Positions 38,370 through 50,813 of a stretch of 64,000 bases of DNA are shown here, piece after piece. Every line of letters starts with the position of its first letter. Position 1 is the stretch's first letter. Under the pieces are notes generated by a model. The model searched no databases and had not been told where the DNA came from. It saw only the letters and a program-made list of their open reading frames with translations. Source of the stretch: Azolla caroliniana. Its lineage: Eukaryota > Plantae > Polypodiophyta. Location of the stretch: positions 18,786,001 to 18,850,000 of the forward strand of contig JBHGNT010000006.1 of NCBI GenBank assembly GCA_043228905.1, written 5' to 3'. Both the position numbers and the translations under genes were made by a program.

Positions 38370-39420
38370 CCACAAGGATGATAATAGCAATAAAGATAAT
38401 GATGATCTACATCCAAAACAATGTTTCCCTAGTTATATTTATACTTATATAACTTTGGGGGCTATTTACAAATATGACCTCAACGGTCACATCTGAACGT
38501 ATTAACTAATATGTTCTTATTTGTTGGTTTATACTGGATTCCGCCAGACTCCTTCCGGTTCCTTCCTTCGTCTCGTCCGATCCGGCTCAATCGGTTCTCA
38601 TCTGGATCCCATCCGAAGGGACTTGTTTCCCAACAAAAAGCCACATATTTCTCAAATTGGTAAATCACACTAATCTATATATGCTCGATCTGATCCCCTT
38701 GTTTGTCATTGACAACATTGTTTCCATATGATCTAACTAGGATTCTCTTTTATGTGAGACATCGTGTTGGGGCTTTGATAGGGAGACTCGTTGACAATGC
38801 ATGCTTTTCCCCAAATAAGTTCTCATGTCCAATATTGTACTCTACTCCCCTGCTCCATCTTTTGCCACATTCAAGTTTTATATTCCACATCCCAATCCTT
38901 ATGTATCCATGCACATCCCTTGCTCAATCACAATATGCACTCTCACTCAATTCCAACATTCATTACTCGAATTATTGAGCATTAGGAGTCATTAACAAAG
39001 TGAAAATGTTTTACTTTGGTTCCATAGGGTCATATTTTCAACTACTAATGACAATAATAAAATCTATTTTTTTCTATATTGAATGCGAATATTATCCCAT
39101 TGAACTTAACTATGGTTCTTCTATGTATGTTTTATGGCTATAATGTTTAAAGAACATAAGATAGAAAGCATTTAAGAACCTTTAACTACACTTGCATAGA
39201 ATTGCCATTGGGGAGTGATGATATTAGAAATAATTTCCATACAAAACTCTTTACTAGACTTTGCATATGACTTTAATTGTTCTAATGCATCACCACCTCA
39301 TGTTTGTATGTATGCGATATACCTCAAATTCTAAATGAAATTAGTAAAACATGGATGCACTACTTTCACTTATCTTCTTTGTGACATTATAATGTAGTCT
39401 ATGAAGATCACTCGACCTGA

Positions 39421-39525
39421 TCGGAGGGAGATTCCCCGTTCTATGTATAAGCCTCCTTGTACAGTCTCTTTGTAATAATCCTTCCTAACTAATGGGAAAG
39501 TAGCTTCATTTTGGAAAAAGAAAAA
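39421..39525 (+). mobile_element. 105-bp retrotransposed insert (severely 5'-truncated LINE/SINE or mRNA 3' end)
   Basis: A-rich tail and perfect 17-bp TSD AAGATCACTCGACCTGA (39404-39420 and 39526-39542). Confidence 0.8.
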
Positions 39526-40201
39526 AAGATCACTCGACCTGAACAAAGCATTTGTAAAACATAATATGAATGGGTTCTTTTATTTCCCGTGGGTTTATAC
39601 AAAATCAAAGAGACTTGTGATGGAATGATACCATAGGATATTAGTGCACAATATTTTTCAATATTTAAATGTCTAGATTGTACCAATTTGGAGTGGCGTA
39701 GCATTGGGTTTTATAACTTCTACTTCATTAAAAGACATTAGAAATATTCCAATAAGAAGGCAAATTGATGTGCTTTTGTACCTTATCAAATGGTGGTCAT
39801 TATTAAATAGTTTACGAAAGTCATTTCAGCCCATGTACTTCGTCTACAAGGGATAGACTAGCTTAACAATGATAGTTCAATAATTGGTTACCAAACTTTC
39901 ATCTCCTTTATGAAATAGTTTAATTCAATTCATGAGTCAATCTTCTAGAAATTGACTTCATTTTATATATTGATCCATGACCATTTCTATCCATTGTTGT
40001 GTTCGTTGTCATGTCCATTTCAAGAGCTCATTTTTCGCTAAATTCGCATTTTTCACTTTGTCATTTTCGCTTTGTCACTTTGTCCATAAAGAGGCCAAAT
40101 TTTACTTGTGGTACTAAAGTATACCTGTGGTCTTGATAATTCTGTCTCCTTCCCAAAAAGGGGCATTCATGCATTGAAGCACAAAGTCTCTATGCGTGAA
40201 T

Positions 40202-40203
<2 letters not shown>

Positions 40204-40270
<67 letters not shown>
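40204..40270. repeat. (AG)n microsatellite
   Basis: Seen directly. Confidence 0.97.
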
Positions 40271-40274
<4 letters not shown>

Positions 40275-43200
40275 GAATATACCTCGTGATAACATTACTA
40301 AGGCTAGGGAGATATGGGAATTGTTTGTTGTTGCTTATGTGTTGAATATTACCATGCATAATTTGTTCAAGGTAGGCATGATATGAACTTGGGTAGCAAG
40401 AGAGGATATTGCATGATGGGATAAAATTTCGACATCTTAGGCTTTCCAATAGGGCTGTGGTCTCTCGTGTTAAGCTTATTGTTTATGTATTGGAGGTTCC
40501 AATCTTATAAGACTTAAGGTGGTGTAGTCAATTGTGATACCCATGTTATCTTAACTACTGGCATTGTCAAAGAAGGATATTGAGAAGGTAATGAGTTCAA
40601 TATGATCATTGTTGTGAAAGATGAAAAGGAAATCTAGTATTTCTTTATTGGCATGGAATCATATTTGTACTCGTAAATGGCTTGGAAGTTGTATGATCAT
40701 ATGGTGGCTAAGAGAGTTTATTTGCTTAGATTTACATTCCAAGGTGTGCAACCTTTGGTATAAATAGTGGCATTCGTTAATGGAAAGGCATGTGTCAAGC
40801 AAGGAAACATGAAAATTGAGATAACTTGGTACAACGTGGTGAATTATAAATGAAATATGAATTACTAAGGGTTTTTTATAATTAGCATCCCTCTCCAAAG
40901 AAAGTGTTTGCTAACTATGTACAAACAAAAGTTTTGGCAACATCACTCCTACTGAAAAGGCTCTTCCCACCGAGGACTTCCCCCATGCGACATCCCCCGA
41001 CCTTCCCTAGACTGCAAAAGACCCTTAGTCTTCCCCTCTTAGAAGGATCACTTTAGGCTCCATGTTTTTAGAGTTAATCGAAGCCACAAAGCTCTATATG
41101 AGGCCTGGCTCTTGTACACATTGTTACAGGCATGACCATGTATAATATCCCGTGGTAAGATTGTACCATAGTATTCTATACACGTGGATAAAGTGTGAGG
41201 GTTAAATGAGAGTGTAAAGAAGGGAAGGATTACTTTTAATCCTTGGCATTGAGACAACCCATTAAGGCCAAGCGTGAACTTGCTTGGGGGGGCTTAGGAC
41301 TGGCTATAAATATGAGGCCTAACTAGCCTCATTTGACAAATTATTGACTACGTCGAGACTCTATCCTTGTGGTGGATCAACTCTTGTAGCGAGCGCGCCG
41401 GTACCAGGTATGACTCGATGTCATGTCAGTGGTATGGGACGCCGATCAAGGCTCGAGTCCGTCCCGATCCCTTCGCTTCAGGGGTGGTCGGGTGGATCGA
41501 CACCTTTCTTTCTCTCTCTCATTTCTATCAATCTATCCATTAATTCCTTATCATATGCTTACATTAGGATCAAGCTCTAACAATTGGTATTCGAGCTTTT
41601 ATTATAATGTTTCTTTTGTTGATTGTTTTTGTGGTTCTTGTTGGATGGTGATATCGATGTGTGATCGAGCTTGATCCAGATAGTTATCAACAAAGGAACT
41701 TTGGTAACTCTTTCTTAATTTTTTTACTATTCTTTCTTCTCCCAATCTAAGCATGTATAGTCAATATGTAATTTTTTTCATTGATTCAATTATGTTGTAG
41801 TGGTAATAATTGGTTGTATAAAACGTATACATATGTGTATGAGATCAATACCTCATTTGACATATGTTTGATATGTGATTTGTGTCGTATGTGTACAAGG
41901 TTAATACCTCAATTGCGTGTTATGTTCACATACATATGTTACGTATGCGTATTCAGAGGTCAATACCTCGATTTCTATGTAAATGATCTATGATTTGTAT
42001 CATATGCTTAAGAGGTCAATACCTCAATTGCATATTATGTTTACCCTTATTTTGGATGTTTCGTGTGCGTAGAAGCTATATGCCTCCTCGATTACATCAT
42101 TCATTGGCTATGTTATGTTACAAATTTTTTTAATATATGCATATGTCATCACATGTATACGTATTTGATCGTATACATGTGATAAACATAAATATGTGTA
42201 TATTAGTGTTTATTACGTGATTCTGGAGTATCGAACGTTGTGCTTTTCAAGGAAAGGAACTTGGTGGCCGTCCTCACATTTTTTTTGAGAAAGGCGTAGT
42301 CACCATACTTTAAACAATTTTTTTTTCGTTATTCCCCTTGGTCACCTCGATTTCGCTACACGTTAGAACGAAACAATCATAGCCACAATGATGTTGAGAG
42401 CGTAGGGCTTGACCCACTTCATGTGAGGTCCACCCATGCGACACACGCATCCAACATTCCTCACTCGTTACATGGCCACAATGCCACCATGAGATCATCA
42501 TTACGAAAGGCATTCGTAAGGACGTAACCATGTGATGGGCCACGTGGGACTAGTATTAAAAGAGAGCTCGTGTGGCTTGACCATTAGGTTGCACTTGGGG
42601 GTACGTCATCGTAATGATGAGACTTGAGGTTGGGTAATGTACCAACATAGTTTTCTTGTTAATGAGGGGGAAATAAGGTTTCTGGATGCATATGTTTTCT
42701 TTTAAAAAACATATATGAGCAAATGCCTTTACATATCTCTCATGCGCATAAAACATTGAACATTCAATACAAGCAACCTATTTAGTTAGCTCAAGTGTTT
42801 AATGGCCAAGACCATACAACATTATTGATACATATGACTATAAAACATGTTTGGACTTTAGATCTAAGTGCACTTCGAGGTCCTCGTAATAGGACTTAAC
42901 GAGCCGAAACCACATGGGTGGGCACAAAGACATAGTTTATTGTTAACATTCTTTTGTGTATAAACTATTCATGACATGAACGAACATACATGGATGAGCC
43001 TCGGGGAGCCACCATGAAAAATTGATATAGAGTTCAGGGAAAGACATTCATTTGTGACCCCCATGGTTTTTAAAACACCTTTGTGTTACCATAGTAACCA
43101 GATCTTGAACCTCATCTCATATGTCTAGAGGGGTATTGACGTGAGATAATGATATCGATTAAGGTTTGCACATGATATGTTTACATCATGACACGATGTT

Positions 43201-43872
43201 ATGACTATTTGTCTGACCTTATCCTATTTCTTTGCCAGAAATTATCATTCAATGGCTCATAATAACAACCTAATGGCATCCGCCCAAGCGGAATGAATTC
43301 AAGGAAATCCTCTTGGGCCAATCCCCATTGAGTCGTATTTTTTATAAATACAAAATTTCCTTAATTCTACCTTGCACGAGATTTCTGAACTTCGGCAATC
43401 TAATAGAGCTCTCGAGGCACGTGTCATTATTATACAACATGATACTAATATACCCGATGAGCGTCAAGGTTAACCATCATTTGTCGTAAAGCCATTTATG
43501 GGAGAAAAAAGAGGAAAGAACCAAAGAAGCAATTTGCCACAATTTGCACATGGCTAGGCCGATGGGAGTCTCATTTTGAGCTCTATCCCAAGCCAAATAG
43601 TAAGAAGATTGCATATGTTGATCGAGAACTAGGGGGTAAGGCCGCCGCCTAGTGGCGTGGGCTCCACACTTTAGGGAAATTGCCAAATACCTGGACAGAC
43701 TTTGTCAAGGTTTTCAAGGGTCAATTTCTGCAACCTCCATCTCGAACCGAGGCAATACAAGCTTTAATGAACCTCTCTAGCCGAAAATTTTCCTCGCTAG
43801 AAGACTATGCTCACCATGTTGGAACCGAAATCCTAAAATCGGGTCTAGATGGGGACAATTGGTTAATAGCTT

Positions 43873-46800
43873 TGTTGAGATATCAAGCTCAACTAGATTT
43901 AGTTAGTTAGTCAACACACATAACTTAGTAGTTACCTAGATAAAATCTAGTTAGTGTGTTGACCGTAAATCCTTAAATAGAATTTTGTACTTGAGTGGGA
44001 TACATTGTAGATCCTCCATTCCCATGTTCATTTAATATAGGACTTACACCTTGGTACCTATATTCTGTTGGGAGACAGGTCCCTCCGGATGGGAAGGGAG
44101 AAGAACAGTGCCGACGAACAATCTCGGCCGAGGCCGAAACCGGAGGAGGAGTACCCGGCTACGGAGAGCCGGATGGTGCAGACCCAGTATGAACCGGATG
44201 AGGAGTACCCGGCTACGGAGAGCCGGATGGTGCAGACCCGGTATGAACCGGATGAGGAGTACCCGGCTACGGAGAGCCAGATGGTGCAGACCCGGTATGA
44301 ACCGGATGAGGAGACATATTGGTAAATATGTTTCTGAGAGTCCATCGAGGCTATATTTGTAAATAGCCGAAAAGTCATATTAGTATAAATATGACTTAGG
44401 GCAAACTTTTGTTTGGGGTTGTCATTTTCTTGTTGGTGCAAGAAGAAGAGAGAGCTCGTAACGTTGTACAGAGAGAGAGAGAGAAAGAGGTCGTTGCCTC
44501 TGTTGTAACCGCCGCCTGTGGCGAAGATCGTGAGCACGAGGTCGTTGCCTTCGTGAACTCACTGTTTTGTACATTCCAACTTAGTGATAGTTTGCAGCCT
44601 GTGGGCTGCCGTGGTTTTTCCCTCTTTGGGTTTTCCACGTAAACATTCAGTGTACCCTTTTCTCTCCTTTGTGTCGCGTGTTTTTCGTTTCCTGTTTCCT
44701 GTGTATGAAAAGAATCTCGGTTGTGGCTGAGCGTTGTGCATAAGGAGCGTTGAGTTCCCGTCATATTCTACTCACACATGTGTACCTTCGCACATGAGAT
44801 GTATATATACCTCATTGTGGGTATTTTTGTATGTGATGATGCTTTTTAATATACACTCTCGTTAATCGTCCCCCATTTATATTATTGTTCATAAGTGTAT
44901 CTTCCTCTCTCTCTTCCTCCCACACACATACACATACACATGACATAACCTCCCGCTGCTTAACTACTCACATAATTAGTCACTAATTAACCCTAGTTAA
45001 TTACCTAATCATTAACATGGTATCAGAGTGTGTGGTTTAGCACATCTAGTAAGCCCACCCGACTCTTTGTGTTTGTGTGTTCGAGATGCCGACAACAAAT
45101 CCGGCTATCTACGACCGTAGTGCCACTACATAGCACGTGTACGTGATCGAAGAAGAAGAAGAAGAAGAGACACTAATCAACATGAACACACAAATGGGTA
45201 GGTCGCTCCCTAGTGAAAAGCTAGACCGAAGCAATTATTCATCTTGGGAGTACAAGGTGAACCAATACCTTGTCGGCCAAGGGTATTGGAGCTACATCAC
45301 CGGTGCACTCGAAAACAAACCCGGCATCACAAATGCCAACTACCCCACATGGGAGCAATGTGTGAGTCAGGTAATGTATTGTTTGGCAACATGTGTCCAC
45401 AACCACATGCTTAGCCACATTCGAGACGCCAAGACGCCTAAAGAGGCGTGAGAGAACTTGAAGAAGATGTCCGCTGCCAACACAACCACCTGAAAGCTTG
45501 AACTCCGAAAATAGTTGAACTACATTCGGCAAAAAGATATGTCCGTGTCAAACTACACCGCCAAGATCAAGAGCATTTGCGGCTCGCTTGGCTCCATCAA
45601 TATAAACATCAACAAAGACGAGATGGTTCAAATATGCTTGGGCAGCCTCGCACAACAATTCGAATCGTTAAGGACGGCTATCCTAGCGAGAGAAAATCCT
45701 CCTTCATTCTTCAACCTTCAATCAATGCTATTGGTTGAAGAGAACCACGTCTGAACAAAGACCAAGACGTCGGAAGGACAAAAGTTCTTCTCGAATTCGG
45801 ATGGTGGCCGAGGACGAGGTCAAGGCAATAGAAGAGGTTGATTCAAACCATCTCATGAATGGAACTAAAACCTTCGACAACAAGACGCAAGCCATCAAGG
45901 AACTTTCGAAAGAATGGGGAGTTTCCATGCTGAACAAGGTCGGCAAACATGGCCCATTACTTGCAACTATTGCAGCAAAATCGGCCACCGCGAAGAGGAG
46001 TGTCGGAAGAAGAGAAGTGAGTCGGCTTCTACTAGCCGACAATTCACAAACTATGCCACCAACTTCGAATACGATGACTACGGTGGACTATTCGTAATGA
46101 GACATAGAACGAACTCTATGAAGACCTCCGACTCCACAAGCACCTCCAACTCGGAACATGTGTGGTTCGTCAACTCCGGCGCCTCACATCATATGATGTC
46201 ACACCAAGAGTGGTTTCATGACTTAAGAACGCCGGATCGACCCGGCCTCATAGAGACGGGAGACAACACCACACATCCCATTCGGCACATCGACAATGTT
46301 CCATTCGGCAACAAAGGCCAAAAAATTGCATCAAGAATGTCTTGCACATGCCCACAATAACAAAGAATTTGGTCTTGGTCGGTCAAATCGTGGGGCAAGA
46401 CATGCAAGTTCGTTTCAACAACAAAGGATGCTTCATCGAGAAAGATGGCCGACTCGTAGCTAGAAGACGGAGAGATGGTCAAATGTTTATTATCGATTCG
46501 AACGAGATATCAAGCTCAACTAGATTTCGTTAGTTAATCAACACACGTAACTTACTAAGTAGTTAATTAGATAGAATCTAGTTAGTGCGTTGACCATAAA
46601 GCCTTAAATAGGATTTTGTACTTGAGTGGGATACATTGTAGATCCTCGACTCCCATGTTCATTTAAAATAGGACTTACACCTTTACCTATATTCTACTCA
46701 CACATGCGCACCTTTGCACATGAGATGTATATATACCTCATTGTGGGCATTTTTGTATTTATTGATGCATTTTAATACACAATCTCATTAATCATCCCCC

Positions 46801-46930
46801 ATTTATATTATTGTTCATAAGTGTATCTTCCTCTCACACACATACACACATACACACATATCACATAACCTTCCGCTGCTTAACTACTCACATAATTAGT
46901 CACCAATTAATAATTACCTAATTATTATCA
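43873..46930 (+). mobile_element. Internally deleted Ty1/copia element (copia D) nested in gypsy gag
   Basis: TSD AGCTT (43868-43872 and 46931-46935); 5' LTR 43873-45017; PBS 45018-45028; gag, CNYC..H..C knuckle and protease (WFVNSGAS); jumps to the 3' LTR at ~46504 with no INT/RT/RH/PPT. Confidence 0.93.
44066..44763 (+). mobile_element. Solo LTR of the copia A family inserted in the 5' LTR of copia D
   Basis: TG..CA ends; TSD TATTC (44061-44065 and 44764-44768); the empty site is visible in the copia D 3' LTR (~46690); three 54-bp repeats. Confidence 0.96.
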
Positions 46931-47875
46931 AGCTTGTTTTGTCAATGGCATCTCAATTCAGACTATCACTGGATAGTGCATGATAAGGATCTGAAATCCT
47001 TCGAAGAGGTCATTGAAATTGTTCTTCGTTATTAATGCACTTCGAAGAAGGACCATAACAAACCCGAAGCGCCCAGGACTAAGCAGTCACAATTCACTAG
47101 GAAATGCAAGACACCCAATGAATTCATAGATTGTAATTGTAAGCGACAAAATCCTTTTTGCATATTCTGCAAAAAGAAGGGCCATACATAAGAGCAATGT
47201 CAAAAGCTCCAATAGAAAGAGCATGACAACAAAACGAAAGTTGTAGACCATAAAGGTCAGATTCCTGATGTCCTTGAGGTCTATACACATCATTTAATTA
47301 TTTGTAAATGTTCTTTCCCTCACTATGTATTGGGACCCAATGATTTACTACGTGCAAACAGGTATATCAATGGACCTCCTGTACAATGTTTATTTGATTC
47401 CGGAATCTCACACAATTTTGTGAATGATATGGGGAATCCAACCCACTGTAAGTGATCACACCTATAAGGTGTACTTGGTTGATGGAAGAGTACAATACAT
47501 CAATGGGGCGATTCATTTATTAGGAATTTCTATTGATATTTCCATGTAATGAATCTTTGTACCATTAATGTAATATTGGGTTATCCCTGGTTTTATAATA
47601 AAAACTCTTCTTTATCTATTGATTGGGTTCACCATTCCATTACCTTTGTACTGAATGATTGTACTCATTTTATTCAATGTGTGAAAAAACAATCTCTTTC
47701 GATTGTTTCCTCCCCATCAATATTTGAGTTGTCTTGTTCTTCTTTATTTTATTGTGTACTTAATCCGAACATTCACGTTTATAATATCAATAGTGTCTCG
47801 GTTCATGTATCATATTTTGAACGACAACAACTCGATGAAATCTTAAATGATTTTCGTGATGTTTTCCTGAGTGAA

Positions 47876-48488
47876 CTACCACATGGGTTACCTCCTAAAC
47901 GTAATATAGACTATCGTATAGATATTGTACTTGACGTTGCACCAATAAGCATACCTTCCTATCGCTTAAGTTGATTCAAAGAGGATGAGGTATCTAAGCC
48001 ACTTAAGGACTATTTACGAATGTGTTATATACGTTGTAGTGAATCTCCATGGGGTGCACCTGTTCTCTTGGTAAAAAAGAAAGAGGGCACATGGCGTATG
48101 TGTATTAATTACCGACGCTTGAATAAAGTGATGATCAAGAATTCATATCCATTGCCCCGGGCTGATGATCTAATTGACCGTCTCTAGGCAGCTCGATATT
48201 TTACGAAACTTGATCTACCACATGGGTTACCTCCTAAACGTAATATAGACTATCGTATAGATATTGTACTTGACGTTGCACCAATAAGCATACCTCCCTA
48301 TCGCTTAAGTTGATTCGAAGATGATGAGGTATCTAAGCCACTCAAGGACTATTTACGAATGTGTTATATACGTTATAGTGAATCTCCATGGGGTGCACGT
48401 GTTCTCTTGGTAAAAAAGAAAGAGGGCACATGGAGTATTTGTATTAATTACCGACGCTTGAATAAAGTGACGATCAAGAATTCATATC
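47876..48488 (+). repeat. Tandem duplication in gypsy RT (period 339 bp)
   Basis: 47876-48149 is nearly identical to 48215-48488. Confidence 0.93.
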
Positions 48489-50703
48489 GTAGGGGTGATG
48501 TGCCGGTAACCGATTTGCATTTCGCTTCTCGAATATATCCGAAAAGTCACTATATCATGCAGGCAAATTGTTGACAGGAACGGAGATGTCCCACGACAAA
48601 ACAACCAGTGTAGCAACCAAGCCGGAATCGGCCGCACCGGGAAAGTGATGGAGCAATTGCACCAATCCACAATCGGATCGTGTGTCTCCAACCAAGATAA
48701 CACCAAAACAATCGGATGTCAGGGGGTTGCAATGAGGTAGAAGGTTAGTACCTCATGGTGGGGCCCGACTTGAAGTACCAACGGGATAGTGACTTCTGTA
48801 ACTGCCCCCAAAGAGAGAACCTGTCCATCGATCGCTTCGACGGATATGGGTTGTGATGGGCGGACGGTGGGGATATTATGTGCGCGGACAAACGATATAT
48901 TGATAAAACAAGTAGATGCTCCGGAGTCGAGCAAAGCATGAGAGTGTATTGATGTTGACCCAAAACAAAGACTTACTTGCAAACCAAACCCTCCTAATGG
49001 TGGAATGGACTTGTAGGAGCATGGAGAAGGTGGGTAACGGGAAGCGTCCAGTGGCATGGCTCCTACTATAGCTGGACTTGGTCGTTTTCCTATTGTTGAG
49101 GAACCTCCACAAGACGTGCACGGTGGCATTGGTGTCGAGGGCCCTACATCAGGCAGTGGCGGATGACATGGTCAGGGTTACCACAATAGAGACAAAGGCC
49201 ATTGGCACGACAATGTTGGCGTTGGGCATCAGTTAGTGGTTGGAACAGAGCGTGGTCAATCTCCATTGGGGTATGGGAATCGACCTCCATCGTAGGATGA
49301 GTATCATTGGGTGAGGGCAAGGTTGGCGTGGGGGTCGAAACTGAGACGTAGGGCCTAGCTATTGATGCGTTTCAGGAGGAAGACTAAAACCTGTGAGTCC
49401 CACGTTCTTCCTGACGAAGTTCGAACAAATGATTTGGGAGATTACTTGAGACAATGATGTGGGCTCCGGAAAGTTCAAGAGAAGAGTCTTGACATCATTT
49501 CGGAGACCGCGACGATAATGGTCGTGTAAGGCTTGGTCATCCCAACTGACATCGTAGGCAATCTGGCGGAACTTTGAAGCGCAAACAAAGGTTGGACGTG
49601 AGCCTTGTTGGAAGGAATAGAGTTTCGTGAGTGCCATTCGTCATCGGTCTATCTCGCCGAACGTAGCTTCAAGCTCAGCAAGGAAAGTGGTGAAGTTTTC
49701 TAAGAGAGGGGATGAGGTCTCGACCAACGGTGCAAACCACGCTTGCGTCGGCCCCAAGAGAAGGGTGCCGACCAGAGAAAAGTCATTAGTATACCATTGG
49801 GGTTGTAAATGGATGATAAGTCGAATTTGATTGATGAAGCCGCGAAGATACGCCCTCGTGCCGTTGAATTTGTCGGGTAGGCTAACGGTTGGTTCAAGGA
49901 CATATGGATGGTAAGAGGAAGTGGTTGGGCTAGGTGCCGACGGCGGTTGTGACTCGGTAGGTGGTGGGTTCCTTGATATGACAGATTGAAGCTCTCGTAA
50001 TGATTCCCGAAGGATTTCATTTTTGAGTTGAAGTTGTTGCAAGGTTGCCATTACTTGGTTTAGGTTGTCGAGAGAGTTGGACATGGTAGCAAGAAGAGGA
50101 AGGTGAACAAATTATCACGGACGAGTATAATAGGGTAGAACCAAGACGAGACTAATAACTAGGAGAGAGAAAAAGAACAAGAACTTGACTTATGATTCCG
50201 TAACTGGTGTTGTCCACCTTGATTAGAATCAAGGTGCACCTGAGTATTTATACAAGAAGGTAGAGGTATGTATGCTAGCTAGGAATAGAGAATGCATGAA
50301 GTTCCATGCAAGCTAGGAATAGAGAATCCATGTATGCAAGCTAGGAAAAGAGAATGCATGTAAGCAAGCTAGGAATAGAGAATGCATGCAAGCTAGGAAC
50401 TTCCAATGTTCAATCTACCATACATGAAGTTGGATTTTAATATAAGATGCATAGATGGGTGTAGCTTAGTTGGTAGGGTTGCCCAATGGAGACTTGGAGG
50501 TCTTGGGTTCAATCCTTACATTCTACCGTGGTGTCTCAAATTGTGAGTTCTTCAAGAAATCAATTATTTAACTCGGACATCTCATAACCGAACGAGGAGT
50601 TGAAATTGATCATTCTCGCATCGAGAAAGTCAAACTTTGGCCCACTCTTCGGAATATTCGAGAAGTTGGATCATTCCTGAGAAGTTGGATCATTCCTGGT
50701 ACA
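48489..50703 (-). mobile_element. Tf1/sushi/Tcn1-like chromovirus, 5' part: LTR, self-priming PBS, gag and protease
   Basis: gag from 50084 (PDKFNG..LRGFINQ, ALTKLYSFQQG), knuckle region RRANGLCLYCG ~49180-49215, protease ALLDSGASTCFI and VILVLSWLETHDP; no tRNA PBS; LTR ~50113-50703 (outer end inferred from TGTACC). Confidence 0.85.
50455..50527 (+). other. Degenerate tRNA-derived sequence with Pol III box A and box B
   Basis: TAGCTTAGTTGG at 50462-50473 and GGTTCAATCC at 50506-50515 at tRNA spacing; CCAA/TTGG anticodon-like stem; acceptor and T stems pair poorly. Confidence 0.75.
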
Positions 50704-50813
50704 AACAATATGATCATAAAGCACTAAGTCTTTATATACAAGTCCTCCAAAAGGACAAACAAAAGTATTGTCACGTACTTTAATGCTCATTAACTGAGCA
50801 TCTGACAATAACA

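Larger units (their letters stand above)
29203..38635 (-). mobile_element. Full-length decayed Ty1/copia element (copia B, related to copia A)
   Basis: 3' LTR 29203-29758, PPT ~29761-29768, 5' LTR 38073-38635, PBS 38058-38069; TSD AGAAG/AAAAG (1 mismatch); fragmented gag-PR-INT-RT-RH; interrupted by copia C. Confidence 0.95.
40935..48488 (+). mobile_element. Chromovirus-type Ty3/gypsy element, old and 3'-truncated
   Basis: LTR ends ..TAACA at 41582 with TATAAATA ~41305 (left boundary uncertain); degenerate Met-i PBS TGGTATTCGAGC 41585-41596; gag ~43253-43872; protease (LFDSG ~47390); RT start ([31 protein letters not shown]). Confidence 0.8.

Noticed and set aside
41841-42086. Palindromic repeats with spacers as a CRISPR array
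   Set aside because: Core is only 14 bp, spacers are related to each other, and the context is a eukaryotic retroelement leader.
50455-50527. Functional tRNA gene
   Set aside because: Acceptor and T stems are mismatched, the anticodon loop is non-canonical, and there is no nearby oligo-T terminator.
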